Shown: positions 39,322 to 49,856 of the stretch, piece by piece
Numbering within the stretch: the first letter of the stretch is position 1
How the letters are laid out: every line of letters starts with the position of its first letter
Source of the DNA: Nanobdellota archaeon
GTDB lineage: Archaea > Nanobdellota > Nanobdellia > Pacearchaeales > GW2011-AR1
Length of the DNA stretch: 64,000 bases
Direction of reading: 5' to 3'
NCBI GenBank assembly: GCA_038045705.1
Contig: JBBSXO010000002.1
Location: 1-64,000, forward strand
Notes under the pieces: model-generated
Told to the model about the DNA's origin: nothing
Seen by the model: only the letters and a program-made list of their open reading frames with translations
Databases searched by the model: none
Program-made: the position numbers and the translations under genes

Positions 39322-41046
39322 ATGAGGATACTTACATTACATTGCGACTATATCAAGTTCAAAGCTCTTAAAAAAGCAATAAAGAGCATAGAAGATTTAT
39401 CTGAAGAAGAAAAAGAGTCTAAAGAAGTGAAAGAATGTCTTGTTATTTTAACTTCAATAGAACAAGGAGACACAGAAAAAACAATCCATCAATTAGTAGA
39501 AGCGGTTGAAAAAACAGCAAAAGAAGTCAAAACAGATAAAATAGTACTATATCCTTATGCACATCTGTCATCAAACTTAGCAAAACCACAAATAGCTTTA
39601 GAATTATTAAAAGAAGCAGAATCTCAATTAAGTAAAAAATTCAAAACAATTAGAGCTCCATTTGGTTATTATAAGGAATTTGAATTCAAATGCAAAGGTC
39701 ATCCATTGGCAGAGTTAAGTAAGGAATTTAGGCAAGAAGACTCAGTAGAGACTAAATCAAAAATGGTCTCGAAAGAAGAACCAATAGATTCTTCAAAATT
39801 ATTAAATCAAATATCTCGTTCAAAGCTAGATACATCAAAACTAAAAGACAACGACCACAGAATCCTAGGACAAAGACTTGACTTATTCAGTTTCAATGAA
39901 GTAGCTCCTGGAATGGTTTTCTGGCATAATAACGGTTTAACAATATATAATGAATTAGTGGGCTTCTGGAGAGATGAACAGAAAAAAGAGAATTATCTAG
40001 AAATAAAAACTCCTCAAATAATGGATTCAAAATTATGGAAAGTATCAGGTCATTGGGACAAATATAAAGAAAATAACTTTATCACAGATTATGAAGGCAG
40101 ATCATTCCTTGTCAAACCAATGAACTGTCCTGGAGGAATGCTGGTCTTCAAAGCAAACTCAAAATCCTACAGAGACTTACCTTTAAAAGTTTCAGAAATG
40201 GGGACAGTTCACAGAACTGAGCTTTCAGGTGTCATTAACGGACTGTTTAGAGTAATACAATTTACCCAAGATGATGCTCATATATTCTGCGCAGACGAAC
40301 CTCAGGCAGAATTAGAGATATTAGAAGTAATAAAACTAATAAAAAGATTTTATGAAAAATTCAAATTAGAATTTGATCACGTAGAACTCTCAACAAGACC
40401 TGAAAAAAGAATAGGTTCTGACGAAATGTGGAATAATGCTGAAAGTTTGTTAGAAAAAGCATTAAAGAAAGCTAAGATTAAATATGGTGTAAAAAAAGGA
40501 GAAGGTGCATTCTATGGTCCAAAAATCGACTTTCACGTGAAAGACTCTTTAGAAAGAACTTGGCAGGTTTCAACCATACAGCTTGATTTTGCGATGCCCG
40601 AAAGATTCGAATTAGAATTCACAGATAAAGATAATCATCAAAAAAGACCAATAATGCTTCACAGAGTAATCTATGGTTCATTAGAAAGATTTATAGGCAT
40701 TTTACTAGAGCACACAAACGGAGCTTTACCATTATGGTTATCTCCAAGACAAGTCAGAGTTATATCATTTACAGATAGAAATGATAAGGCAACTGAAAAA
40801 CTAGCTCAAGAACTAAAAGAATTAATCCCATCAATAAGAATAGATACTGATACTCGTTCAGACACAGTTCAATCAAAGATCAGAGATGCAGAAATGCTAA
40901 AAGTAAATTATACATTAGTTGTAGGAGATAAAGAAGAAGAAAATGATACTCTAGCTATAAGACCTAGAGGTGGAAAACCGCAATTTAATGTAAATAAAGA
41001 TAAATTTGTAAAACAGTTAAAAGAAGAATTATCCAAAAGACTATAA
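39322..41046 (+). CDS. thrS: Threonine--tRNA ligase
   Basis: Archaeal editing domain (YPYAHLSS, APFGYYK), KPMNCPG, AFYGPKID, GSLERF. Confidence 0.97.
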   Translation: MRILTLHCDYIKFKALKKAIKSIEDLSEEEKESKEVKECLVILTSIEQGDTEKTIHQLVEAVEKTAKEVKTDKIVLYPYAHLSSNLAKPQIALELLKEAESQLSKKFKTIRAPFGYYKEFEFKCKGHPLAELSKEFRQEDSVETKSKMVSKEEPIDSSKLLNQISRSKLDTSKLKDNDHRILGQRLDLFSFNEVAPGMVFWHNNGLTIYNELVGFWRDEQKKENYLEIKTPQIMDSKLWKVSGHWDKYKENNFITDYEGRSFLVKPMNCPGGMLVFKANSKSYRDLPLKVSEMGTVHRTELSGVINGLFRVIQFTQDDAHIFCADEPQAELEILEVIKLIKRFYEKFKLEFDHVELSTRPEKRIGSDEMWNNAESLLEKALKKAKIKYGVKKGEGAFYGPKIDFHVKDSLERTWQVSTIQLDFAMPERFELEFTDKDNHQKRPIMLHRVIYGSLERFIGILLEHTNGALPLWLSPRQVRVISFTDRNDKATEKLAQELKELIPSIRIDTDTRSDTVQSKIRDAEMLKVNYTLVVGDKEEENDTLAIRPRGGKPQFNVNKDKFVKQLKEELSKRL

Positions 41047-41292
41047 TTATAACACAAATACCCAATATCTATCTTTACGCTCTTCAAGTGAATAAAAACT
41101 TAAAGTCTTGTTATTTGGCAAAACAAATGTTCTTTTTAAATAAGGATCTAAATCAATCCTTTCAAGACCTAAGACATCACAAAATGCCCTCTGTATTTCA
41201 GAGTATGATCTATAACCACTAGACCACCACCCTAACAACCTTCTTTTTAGTACAGGAATTTCTCTTCTAGTTATCAAAGGTTCATCTTCCAC
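41047..41292 (-). CDS. Hypothetical protein
   Basis: 81-aa ORF (GTG start). Confidence 0.45.
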   Translation of the reverse strand: MEDEPLITRREIPVLKRRLLGWWSSGYRSYSEIQRAFCDVLGLERIDLDPYLKRTFVLPNNKTLSFYSLEERKDRYWVFVL

Positions 41293-41356
41293 AATAATAC
41301 CATGAAAATAGTATTATTAAACTTAATTTATTATAACCCATTTATACATTAATTAT

Positions 41357-41893
41357 TCAATCATCTCTATCTTGAGATCTACAGTATTCTCCAACAGATT
41401 TTATTGCGTTCCTTATTCTTCTACAAACTTCCTCCATTTTCAATCCAAGTAATTCAGAAATTTCTTTATAATCTACGCCATTAAGCGCAAGAGAAAGAGC
41501 TTCACCGCGACGACGAGGAATCAGGGGTAATACTCTTCTTACTTTTTCAAATTCTTCCCGTTCAATAATTTTATCTAATGTATTAGGAGCCTCTACATAA
41601 CAAATCAAACTTGGATTTTTTAATGATTTTAATCTTTTCGCATTGCGGAAGTAATCCATACAAGAATTAGTAAAAATAACATATGCGAGTCCTCGTAAAG
41701 TTCTAGGTATTAATTTACCATCTCTGGCAAGAACAAGTAATTTATAAGCAGTATCTTGAAAAAAGTCTTGAGCTACATCTAAAGAAAGATTATATCTCAT
41801 ACGACCCAAATTAACTAGGAGTCGTTCCAAATAGACTAATGACTCAGCTAAATCAGTATCTTTTTCTTCAATAGTTTCATCAAAACGAACCAT
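41357..41893 (-). CDS. ECF sigma-70-like protein with intact region 4 HTH
   Basis: AQDFFQDTAYKL...AYVIFTNSCMDYFRN; GVDYKEISELLGLKMEEVCRRIRNA. Confidence 0.8.
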   Translation of the reverse strand: MVRFDETIEEKDTDLAESLVYLERLLVNLGRMRYNLSLDVAQDFFQDTAYKLLVLARDGKLIPRTLRGLAYVIFTNSCMDYFRNAKRLKSLKNPSLICYVEAPNTLDKIIEREEFEKVRRVLPLIPRRRGEALSLALNGVDYKEISELLGLKMEEVCRRIRNAIKSVGEYCRSQDRDD

Positions 41894-41997
41894 GACTTAA
41901 AAATTATAAATTTACTTTTAAAACTATCTCCTGTGGTAAAAATTGGCGACATATTTATATATCAATTATTCAATAACTAAATATCAAGAGGCTCATA

Positions 41998-42633
41998 ATG
42001 AAAATTCAACCATACGTCCAAAAACTTCAAACATCTGAAAAATATAAAAAGTTTATAAAAGAAAACGCAGAATCATTTCTAGTCGCAGGATTCTTTGTTT
42101 TAGATTATGAGGCTGGGATGAATGTACATCAAATAGATTATTATGTACCATCGAAAAGACAAGTTGCAGCATTTAATTTAGACGGGGAAGTCGAAGTTCG
42201 TCTTTTAGATATGATGCATAAAGAAAAAAAACCTGAAAAATTAGATATTAGAACAAAAGTAGATCTTGACGCATTAAAAGGAATTCTTGAAGATGAGATG
42301 AAGAACAGAAATATAACTGAAACTATAAAAAAATGTGTTGCAGTTATTCAGATGGTAGATGGCAAAAAATTATGGGTATTAAATTGTGTCCTTTCAGGCA
42401 TGGAAATATTAAAAGCCCATGTAGATGATGAATCAAGAACAGTTTTAAAAATGGAAAAATCTTCAATGCTTGACTATGTAAAAAAAATGCCTGCTATGCC
42501 TCAACAAAGTCCTAAAGCAAATAAAGAAACTCTTCAAAAACAAATTGAGCAATTAAATAAATTAAAAGAACAATTAGAGAATGAAAAAGCCCAATTAGAT
42601 AAGCAAGGAAAGTCTAGTGAAAACGTAGAATAA
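41998..42633 (+). CDS. Hypothetical protein with coiled-coil tail
   Basis: 211-aa ORF with housekeeping-like composition. Confidence 0.7.
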   Translation: MKIQPYVQKLQTSEKYKKFIKENAESFLVAGFFVLDYEAGMNVHQIDYYVPSKRQVAAFNLDGEVEVRLLDMMHKEKKPEKLDIRTKVDLDALKGILEDEMKNRNITETIKKCVAVIQMVDGKKLWVLNCVLSGMEILKAHVDDESRTVLKMEKSSMLDYVKKMPAMPQQSPKANKETLQKQIEQLNKLKEQLENEKAQLDKQGKSSENVE

Positions 42634-43182
42634 TTATTTATTTCTCAATGACCAAAGTTGTTTTGTGTAACCCCTTTGTTCACAATCAGACTCCTTAAAC
42701 CCAAGACTATTCCTAACATCTATAATTTTATTTCTAGCAACATTAACCTCTTTAATAGAACACAGAACTTCCAATTCTAAAAACCAACCTAATTTCTTAA
42801 CATAATTCAGTTCTATATTTACCCCACTCTTAGTCTTATAAAGTTCAGTAGTTTTTTCCTTATGAAGCCACTTTCTAAAACCAAAGTCTTTAATCAAATC
42901 AAAAAAACCATCAATATCAGATATCTGGAACTGGACTTCTTTTTTTGCATGAATACAATTAGATAAGTTAATTCTTTTCTTAAAATTAACCTCTCTAATT
43001 TTTCCCATATCTCTAACACGAAGGCTCTTTTCAGGATACTGAAAATATTCTAATGTATAATAATCATCTTTTTTATTTTGTTTTTTAACAAACTTAGCAA
43101 TTTTTTTTATTCTATTTCTAACGCTATACAAATCTTTTTTTTCAAATGGTATTTTAGTTTCAACTTCTATCCAGCTCATCAT
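42634..43182 (-). CDS. CYTH-domain protein (class IV adenylate cyclase/triphosphatase family)
   Basis: EVETK, LRVR, LGWFLELE, GY tail. Confidence 0.85.
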   Translation of the reverse strand: MMSWIEVETKIPFEKKDLYSVRNRIKKIAKFVKKQNKKDDYYTLEYFQYPEKSLRVRDMGKIREVNFKKRINLSNCIHAKKEVQFQISDIDGFFDLIKDFGFRKWLHKEKTTELYKTKSGVNIELNYVKKLGWFLELEVLCSIKEVNVARNKIIDVRNSLGFKESDCEQRGYTKQLWSLRNK

Positions 43183-43217
43183 AACCTCAATTAATTCTAG
43201 TTCTTTGTCTTTTTAAA

Positions 43218-43745
43218 TTAAGGCACATAAGTATCACAAATAACTTGTTGTCTTGTAGGATTACAAATAGTATCTGATTTTCCTACAACTGCACTAACAG
43301 TTACAGACAAAGGAGTGTAATCAAGATTCCTAACTGCAGCTTCAACAGAGTTGTATTCAACTAACCTAGAGTAATTTGTATCAATATTAATATCTAGTAT
43401 GTCTAGTTCAACTGGACTCTCAACATGCAAATTGCCAATATCATCTGTAACTGAAAATCTCAAATCATTAATATCTTTACCACCCGGAAATCTTTCAACA
43501 TTAATAAGAATTCCATCACCAGTAGTACCAGGTAATCCGATACTCTGAAGAAATTCTCTTGTGAAAATAAGACAATTATTTACTTCTAAATCTATCCCAA
43601 AACATAAAGAAGAATCTCCAGAAGTGTTTTTATTAACATTTCCAAGGTAAGCTCTTAAAAATATAGATGTCCCTACAACAGCAATAAGAATAAGAATAAT
43701 ATAAGCAACAACAGAACCAACGCCATTTCTTTTCATACTAATCAT
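43218..43745 (-). CDS. Archaeal type IV pilin-like protein
   Basis: Class III signal KRNG|VGSVVAYIILILIAVV. Confidence 0.7.
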   Translation of the reverse strand: MISMKRNGVGSVVAYIILILIAVVGTSIFLRAYLGNVNKNTSGDSSLCFGIDLEVNNCLIFTREFLQSIGLPGTTGDGILINVERFPGGKDINDLRFSVTDDIGNLHVESPVELDILDINIDTNYSRLVEYNSVEAAVRNLDYTPLSVTVSAVVGKSDTICNPTRQQVICDTYVP

Positions 43746-44515
43746 CTAACTATTGTTATAGACCCTCCAGTATTAGGATTAACTTGACAACAAACAGTTT
43801 TATTTCCAGGAGGTAATATTCCATTTATTAATTGACGAGTAATTGGATTAATTGGATAAGATTGATCCATTCCATTATAACACTCACTGTAATTAACAGG
43901 GTGTTGACAACAATTCCCAGCCCTATTACTATTAGAATATGTTCCTCCAGTATATGTATTATTAGACACATTTCCAAGTGGAGGGGTCATAGTTACAGAA
44001 GGACATCTTACAGAGTTGGATGCAATAGGGCAGACATCTTTATTTTTTCCAATTAAAGCAGCAACACGTAATAAATGAGGTTCTCCCGCCTGAACAGGTA
44101 TAGCATCATAAGGATCTGTAAATTGTAAACTCTGTAATTCTCCCAACCCAATTGCATTTAAATTTCTATCATAAGTACCCTTTCCCCCAAGCCAATTTTC
44201 AAATATAAATCTTAGACCTGTTACATTTCCTTGTCCAACACTTCTTTTAACAAGAACATTTGCTTCATAATAACCGCCTCCAATTTGATAATTACATGCC
44301 CCATAAGTCTGACAGTTCATAAGTTCAAGATTAACTGTCAAGCAATCAGGATCAACAATTTCACTAGAAGCGTTTTCTATATTTTTTGAAATAAATGCCC
44401 AAAGTAACGCTACTCCTATAATTGCCCCAAGAGTTATTAGTGCAACAGAAACAACAGAACTAATACCTCCCCGATCAATCATCAATAAAAATATAATTCC
44501 ATTATTTATAAACAA
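43742..44515 (-). CDS. Archaeal type IV pilin-like protein with Cys-rich tail
   Basis: DRGG|ISSVVSVALITLGAII. Confidence 0.7.
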   Translation of the reverse strand: MFINNGIIFLLMIDRGGISSVVSVALITLGAIIGVALLWAFISKNIENASSEIVDPDCLTVNLELMNCQTYGACNYQIGGGYYEANVLVKRSVGQGNVTGLRFIFENWLGGKGTYDRNLNAIGLGELQSLQFTDPYDAIPVQAGEPHLLRVAALIGKNKDVCPIASNSVRCPSVTMTPPLGNVSNNTYTGGTYSNSNRAGNCCQHPVNYSECYNGMDQSYPINPITRQLINGILPPGNKTVCCQVNPNTGGSITIVR

Positions 44516-44620
44516 TACCTCGCCATATCCATAACTATATATAATCTCAAATGACGTTAATTTAAGTTATAAGACAAATAAGGCTTTGAAAATCGCATAT
44601 TTCTTTATAATCAAAGCTAA

Positions 44621-44821
44621 ATGAATAATCGTAGAAATAGTTTTTGGAACAAAGCAGACACAACAAGAAGTTGTTCGTGTGGTAGAACTCTAAAACAAAA
44701 GAAAAGAGTTAACTATCCATTCGGTAGAAATTCACAACCCATAGTAACAAAATTCTACAAATGCGACACTTGTCAGAAAAATCTAAAACCCTTAGTTAGG
44801 GAAAGTAAAAAATTAGTATAA
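44621..44821 (+). CDS. Small basic Zn-ribbon protein
   Basis: CSC...CDTC; YPFGRNS. Confidence 0.55.
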   Translation: MNNRRNSFWNKADTTRSCSCGRTLKQKKRVNYPFGRNSQPIVTKFYKCDTCQKNLKPLVRESKKLV

Positions 44822-44851
44822 AAAATAAAATAAAAAATAAATAGTAATTAA

Positions 44852-45304
44852 CTAACAATCAATAGGTTGTGTAGTTATCTGACACAATTGTCCACCACTA
44901 ACAACGACTGTATTAACACTTATAGCGTCAAATGTTGAAGAAGTTGTACCTACAACTGTCAATGTACTAAGCTCAGATAAAGTAGTGTCACTAGCAACAG
45001 GAGTTGTTACAACTTTTTGAGTCTCTTCATTAGCATTTTCAAATACAAGATCTACAGAATCAAATTCTCCGGCTCCCGGGTTACGTTTCACTACGACATT
45101 CCATTGACCTTCAGTACTGCCAGGTACACAACTAATCGGCTCCACACTAACTGTAAAACAATCAGCTTGAATTCCAGCAGCGCCCTTATCAATTGTTGGT
45201 TTTACAACAGACCATATAACAGCAATTCCGACAATTACCAGAAGTACTATGAGGACATTAGCGACAACTTCACTCACTCCTTTTTTTGAATTAAACATTC
45301 TCAT
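44852..45304 (-). CDS. Archaeal type IV pilin (candidate major pilin)
   Basis: KKG|VSEVVANVLIVLLVIV; SD-like AGGAGG just upstream. Confidence 0.8.
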   Translation of the reverse strand: MRMFNSKKGVSEVVANVLIVLLVIVGIAVIWSVVKPTIDKGAAGIQADCFTVSVEPISCVPGSTEGQWNVVVKRNPGAGEFDSVDLVFENANEETQKVVTTPVASDTTLSELSTLTVVGTTSSTFDAISVNTVVVSGGQLCQITTQPIDC

Positions 45305-45359
45305 AAACCTCCTTTACAGTTAAGACAATATCAAGGACTTTATAAATTATTCGCCCAAA

Positions 45360-47036
45360 TCAGGGGTGTGAAAACCAATATTCAGCAATCTCTTCATGAA
45401 CTCTGTCAAACTTTACAAACCCAAACCTTTCAAACTGAACAACCGTTCCAGACTTTATTTTAGCGCCAGCAGGCTCTACAAAACCTGCAATCCAATTCCC
45501 ATCAGGCATCAATATTCGAGTTTTTACTGCTCCAGATGAAACCCAGTTTATTTTAGGTATCTTCTTATTATCTATAGAAGTAATTTCAGTTCTCTCTCCT
45601 ATTTTTACATTAAATAAATGTAAAAGTCTAACTTCATTTCCACGATTTTTATCAAAGTCTTTTCCAGAAATTGCAATATCATCACTAACTAAAACCTCTC
45701 TAGTATCTTCAGGTCTATCTGGATGATTGGGTACAATAATTCTATCTACCCCATTCATTTCAGAAGCAGAGATATTCAGCTTCTTAGGGTCCTCAACAAA
45801 AGAATAACGTAAAGTTTCTGAATCAATCATCTGACGATTTATTGCATAAAGAACATCAATAGGCACAATAATATCTTGTTTATTCAAACCAATTCTTTTA
45901 ACAAACTCTCGTATAGCTTCAGGTTTTATTCCTCTTCTAGCTAAACTCTGAACGCTCCAAGTTCTAGGATCATCCCATCCGCTAAACTCTCCAGAACTAA
46001 CTTCTTTAGCAGCTTTTGATTTAGAGATTTTAGCACCAACACCTTCAAGCCTAATAACTCCAACGTGAATTAAAATAGGGTGCTTCCACTTAAATAAATC
46101 CCAAATATATTTTTCCATATCACTCTCAATCATTAATTCATTTCCTCTTATTATATGTGTAATTCCAAGCAAATGATCATCTACTGCCCAGCACATTTCA
46201 AGAGTTGGCCAGACTCTATACTTCGTTCCTACTCTAGGATGAGGTCTATCCGCAATTCTAAAAAGTACTCTGTCCCTAAAAGCAGGATTAGGATGTTGCA
46301 TATCCGTTTTAATTCGTAAAACTGCTTCTCCTTCTTTAACTTTAGAATTGAACAATTCTTTCCATCTAGAATGTTGAATTCCAGTGGGATATTGTCTGCA
46401 AGAACATTCTTTTCCTTCGGCTCTATTTTGCCTTAATAATTCAGCCTTGCAGTAGCAAACATAAGCTTTATTCATTTCAATTAATTTTTCAGCATATTCA
46501 TAATAAATCTCGAGCCTATCTGATTTAAAATAAGTCTTTTTATAATTAATTCCAAGCCATTTAAATGCATCAGGAATTAAATCATAAGCCTCCTTCACAA
46601 TAGGTTTTTCAACACTTCCTATAGTATCATCCATAACAAGAAGCAAATCCCCGTTATATTTTTCAGCATATAATGCATTAAGCAAGTAAGTCTTAGTATT
46701 TCCTATATGCAATGCTCCAGATGGAAAAGGCGCAAGTCTCAAGACCATTTTTTTACCAATATCTGAAGGTGGTAATTCAGGAAGTTCATAATCTTCAGTT
46801 TTATCAGTTTTCTTAACTAAATCTTTAACACTATCAAATAATTTAGCCCTATTTTTCTCATTTAATAAATTAACATCATCAACAGTTTTGTTAACAATCT
46901 TCATAACAAGAGGGATTTCCTTCTTATCCAAACCATGCTGAAACAGTTTTGTTAAGACTCTTGAAGCATCTGCCTTGCCATGTTCCATGGCATTTTGTAA
47001 TGCATATGCCAGTATTTCCCTAGAAAAATCTTTCAT
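45360..47036 (-). CDS. gltX: Glutamate--tRNA ligase
   Basis: APFPSGALHIGN, KISKS, QFERFGF. Confidence 0.96.
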   Translation of the reverse strand: MKDFSREILAYALQNAMEHGKADASRVLTKLFQHGLDKKEIPLVMKIVNKTVDDVNLLNEKNRAKLFDSVKDLVKKTDKTEDYELPELPPSDIGKKMVLRLAPFPSGALHIGNTKTYLLNALYAEKYNGDLLLVMDDTIGSVEKPIVKEAYDLIPDAFKWLGINYKKTYFKSDRLEIYYEYAEKLIEMNKAYVCYCKAELLRQNRAEGKECSCRQYPTGIQHSRWKELFNSKVKEGEAVLRIKTDMQHPNPAFRDRVLFRIADRPHPRVGTKYRVWPTLEMCWAVDDHLLGITHIIRGNELMIESDMEKYIWDLFKWKHPILIHVGVIRLEGVGAKISKSKAAKEVSSGEFSGWDDPRTWSVQSLARRGIKPEAIREFVKRIGLNKQDIIVPIDVLYAINRQMIDSETLRYSFVEDPKKLNISASEMNGVDRIIVPNHPDRPEDTREVLVSDDIAISGKDFDKNRGNEVRLLHLFNVKIGERTEITSIDNKKIPKINWVSSGAVKTRILMPDGNWIAGFVEPAGAKIKSGTVVQFERFGFVKFDRVHEEIAEYWFSHP

Positions 47037-47066
47037 TAAAATTACAAATTAATTGTATATTTAAAA

Positions 47067-47285
47067 TTACCTTCTATAATCAATATAAGCAAGATGTTTA
47101 TCAGAATCCTCTGATTCTGAAATGATTTCAAGATTACTAATTTCATCCCTCTTACCTGCAGAAGAAGATAGAGATCCATATAGACCAATTCCAAGGCTCA
47201 AAAGAATAATGGACAAATCAATCAAATAATTATTTCTAGAAGATTCATGCACAGGAACATATTGTCCGCGTAACATAATCAACAA
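47067..47285 (-). CDS. Small membrane protein
   Basis: One TM segment. Confidence 0.45.
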   Translation of the reverse strand: MLIMLRGQYVPVHESSRNNYLIDLSIILLSLGIGLYGSLSSSAGKRDEISNLEIISESEDSDKHLAYIDYRR

Positions 47286-47305
47286 AGAACTATTTAATAT
47301 ATAAA

Positions 47306-49294
47306 CTATTCTAAAGGAGCTCCAGAAAATGAGCTATTATTTGCTTTTCCAGGAATTTCTCCTCCAAGAGATGCTGGCAGACCACTAAACCCTCCCCCAT
47401 AAACTGAATGGTGTATCTCTGGGTTAATAGGGCCTAGTCCACCAAAGTAACCTCCATCATTCATTATTGCGCTATTCCAGTAAGCAGACCCAGCATTACC
47501 CATTGAACCTTCAGCATACACTGGAGCAGTCAATCCAGAAAGAGATTCAGCAACAGGCGTCTTAGTCATTCCTAACCCACCTTGACGTGAAAACCAGTCT
47601 CCTGTTTCTATTGCCTTTTTAGCCTTTCTAAAATTTTCCCCCCATTCCTGATTGTTAAGAATTTCATCAATAGGAACGTTACCCATTCCAGCAGGCAATT
47701 CAGCATCTTCAAACCCTAAGTTATCAGCAATATGCATATGCTTAACATGTTTAGAGATTGTTTTAGCCTGATTCAAAACATCTTGTCGATTATAACCCCA
47801 TTTCTGAATTGAATTAATATGTCCAACGTCCCAAGTTGCTCCAATAATTTTTTCAGCTGTCTTTTTTGCCTCATCTTTAGAAAGACCCAATCCACCATTT
47901 TTTGTAGGAGCACTAGCTTTTTCAATAAATTTCCTTTGAGTTTCTTCAACAAGTTCAGCAATTTCATCAGCCCTGGTTAATCCAGACATTCCAGCAGGAG
48001 GATTTTCAATACTAATTATTCCAGGAGCAAATCCATGTTTTTTAGCATTTTGATAAGCATGTATTGCAACATTAGAAAAAGTATCAGACCCTTTATCAAC
48101 GGCAAATTTTCGAAGTGGCTTAAACAACTCAGGTTTAATCCCCTCGCTACCTAGCAGTCTCGTACCTTCCGAAATTTTATCTTGTAAATCAACAAAATTA
48201 TAATCTTTATTGAATCTATCCCATGCACCCATTAACTCTTTCTTATAATTTCCAAGTTTAGCCAAAGCCTTTCCATTATCTTTTTCTTTATTTCTCAAAG
48301 CTTCACCATAAGCCTCACTATACAAATCTTTAAGCTGGTCATAAGATTCTCTGACGAAAAAATCAGCATTTTGTAAACCTGAAACTCCATTATTAATTAA
48401 AGAAGCAACCTGCGGATTTTTCTGCCTTATTTCTTCAAGATCTTTTTTATATCTTTCATAATCTTTGCTATAAACCTTATAACCCTCAAAAAGACTCTCT
48501 GAATATTCAGGTGCAATTTCTTTTATCTTTGAATTATTTTCTTTCACATTAGTTAGATTCTCAATAACTTCTCTATTCACCCGAGTATTATTAACATAAA
48601 CAGATTCTATTTGTTTTTTCCACTGCTCCTTATTAAATTCATCAAGAGTTTTTTTCATTTCATAGTCTTCTTTTTTGCCATCATCAAAATAATCTTTTTT
48701 TGGAATAGGCAAATTTCCAATCTGTCCAGAACGCTCATTATAAACAGCCATCTGAACTGTCTTTTCTCTACGATCATTCTTATCATCAACAACAATAATT
48801 TTTCTTTCAACTTCAGGTAATCCATTATTAGAGTGAAATGTCATTACTATTCCCTTCTCTTTATCATCTGAATTCATCTGCTGTGCCAATTCAACAGCAG
48901 CCTTCATCTGTTTTTCAGCTTCAACTCTCTGATCTTCAGACCAATTACCTCTAGAAAATCCAGTAGACTCAACAAGAGGTCCATGAAAAGTTAAATCAAC
49001 ACCAGTCAGTTTTCTAAGTCTGTCTATTTCTTTCCAATGCTGTTTAGGAATGGAAGCTAAATGTTTCATAGGCCCTGCCCCACTTAACCCAAGACCTGAA
49101 ACCTCGATAGTCTGAGCACCAGTATTCAATTTATCAGAAACTTTTTTCAACTGATTGGCAGTCAACGGATCAGTAGGATATGCAATATCTTTCACAGAAG
49201 GGTGATAAGCTTTAGCACCTAAGAAACCACCATATGGTTTCTCAAAAGGATAACTAGAACCATTTTCAGGATAAAAAGTCTCGTAACTTGCCAT
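47306..49294 (-). CDS. Xylose-isomerase/AP-endonuclease-2-like TIM-barrel protein with large helical insertion
   Basis: TFHGP, ISIENPP, TWDVGH, HMHIADN..DAELPAGMGNVP. Confidence 0.7.
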   Translation of the reverse strand: MASYETFYPENGSSYPFEKPYGGFLGAKAYHPSVKDIAYPTDPLTANQLKKVSDKLNTGAQTIEVSGLGLSGAGPMKHLASIPKQHWKEIDRLRKLTGVDLTFHGPLVESTGFSRGNWSEDQRVEAEKQMKAAVELAQQMNSDDKEKGIVMTFHSNNGLPEVERKIIVVDDKNDRREKTVQMAVYNERSGQIGNLPIPKKDYFDDGKKEDYEMKKTLDEFNKEQWKKQIESVYVNNTRVNREVIENLTNVKENNSKIKEIAPEYSESLFEGYKVYSKDYERYKKDLEEIRQKNPQVASLINNGVSGLQNADFFVRESYDQLKDLYSEAYGEALRNKEKDNGKALAKLGNYKKELMGAWDRFNKDYNFVDLQDKISEGTRLLGSEGIKPELFKPLRKFAVDKGSDTFSNVAIHAYQNAKKHGFAPGIISIENPPAGMSGLTRADEIAELVEETQRKFIEKASAPTKNGGLGLSKDEAKKTAEKIIGATWDVGHINSIQKWGYNRQDVLNQAKTISKHVKHMHIADNLGFEDAELPAGMGNVPIDEILNNQEWGENFRKAKKAIETGDWFSRQGGLGMTKTPVAESLSGLTAPVYAEGSMGNAGSAYWNSAIMNDGGYFGGLGPINPEIHHSVYGGGFSGLPASLGGEIPGKANNSSFSGAPLE

Positions 49295-49334
49295 CTCCCC
49301 TCTATATAATGATTAATTCAGAATATATAAACCT

Positions 49335-49823
49335 TTAAAGGTCTCGTCTTCTATCTTTTTTCTGTTGATCTTGTTCACGCTCGCCAACATAGGTTCTACC
49401 AGGATTTATCTCTCCTCTTGATTGTTGTTGTTCCACCTTATTATTTTGAAAAGTTCTATCTTGTTCAAAATTTCTTTCTCCAAAGTTTCTAGTGCCACTA
49501 TCTGTTGCCTCAGCAGAACCAACAGGTTTGTAATTATTACCTTGATAAGAATTATTTCCCCCTCCAACATAAGATGGTCTGAAATCAATCTCATCTCTAT
49601 CTTTTTTAGCAACTCTAACTGACCTTTCTTCAGGAGTACTTTGAGAACCTTCAGTAGCATCTAAAGTTGAAGTTTTGTTAAATCTTCTTACAGAAACCGA
49701 AGAGAAATCATTTCCTGCTTCTTCAAATTCTTCTTCATCAAACTCATCATCTATAGACTCAACTTTTTTTGGAATTTCTTTAATGGGAGATTCAATTTTC
49801 TTTATTTCTTTTATTTTTGACAT
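49335..49823 (-). CDS. Low-complexity hydrophilic hypothetical protein
   Basis: Acidic and Q/R-rich 162 aa. Confidence 0.6.
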   Translation of the reverse strand: MSKIKEIKKIESPIKEIPKKVESIDDEFDEEEFEEAGNDFSSVSVRRFNKTSTLDATEGSQSTPEERSVRVAKKDRDEIDFRPSYVGGGNNSYQGNNYKPVGSAEATDSGTRNFGERNFEQDRTFQNNKVEQQQSRGEINPGRTYVGEREQDQQKKDRRRDL

Positions 49824-49856
49824 ATTTATTTAGATTAAGGATAGTTAAATATTTTC

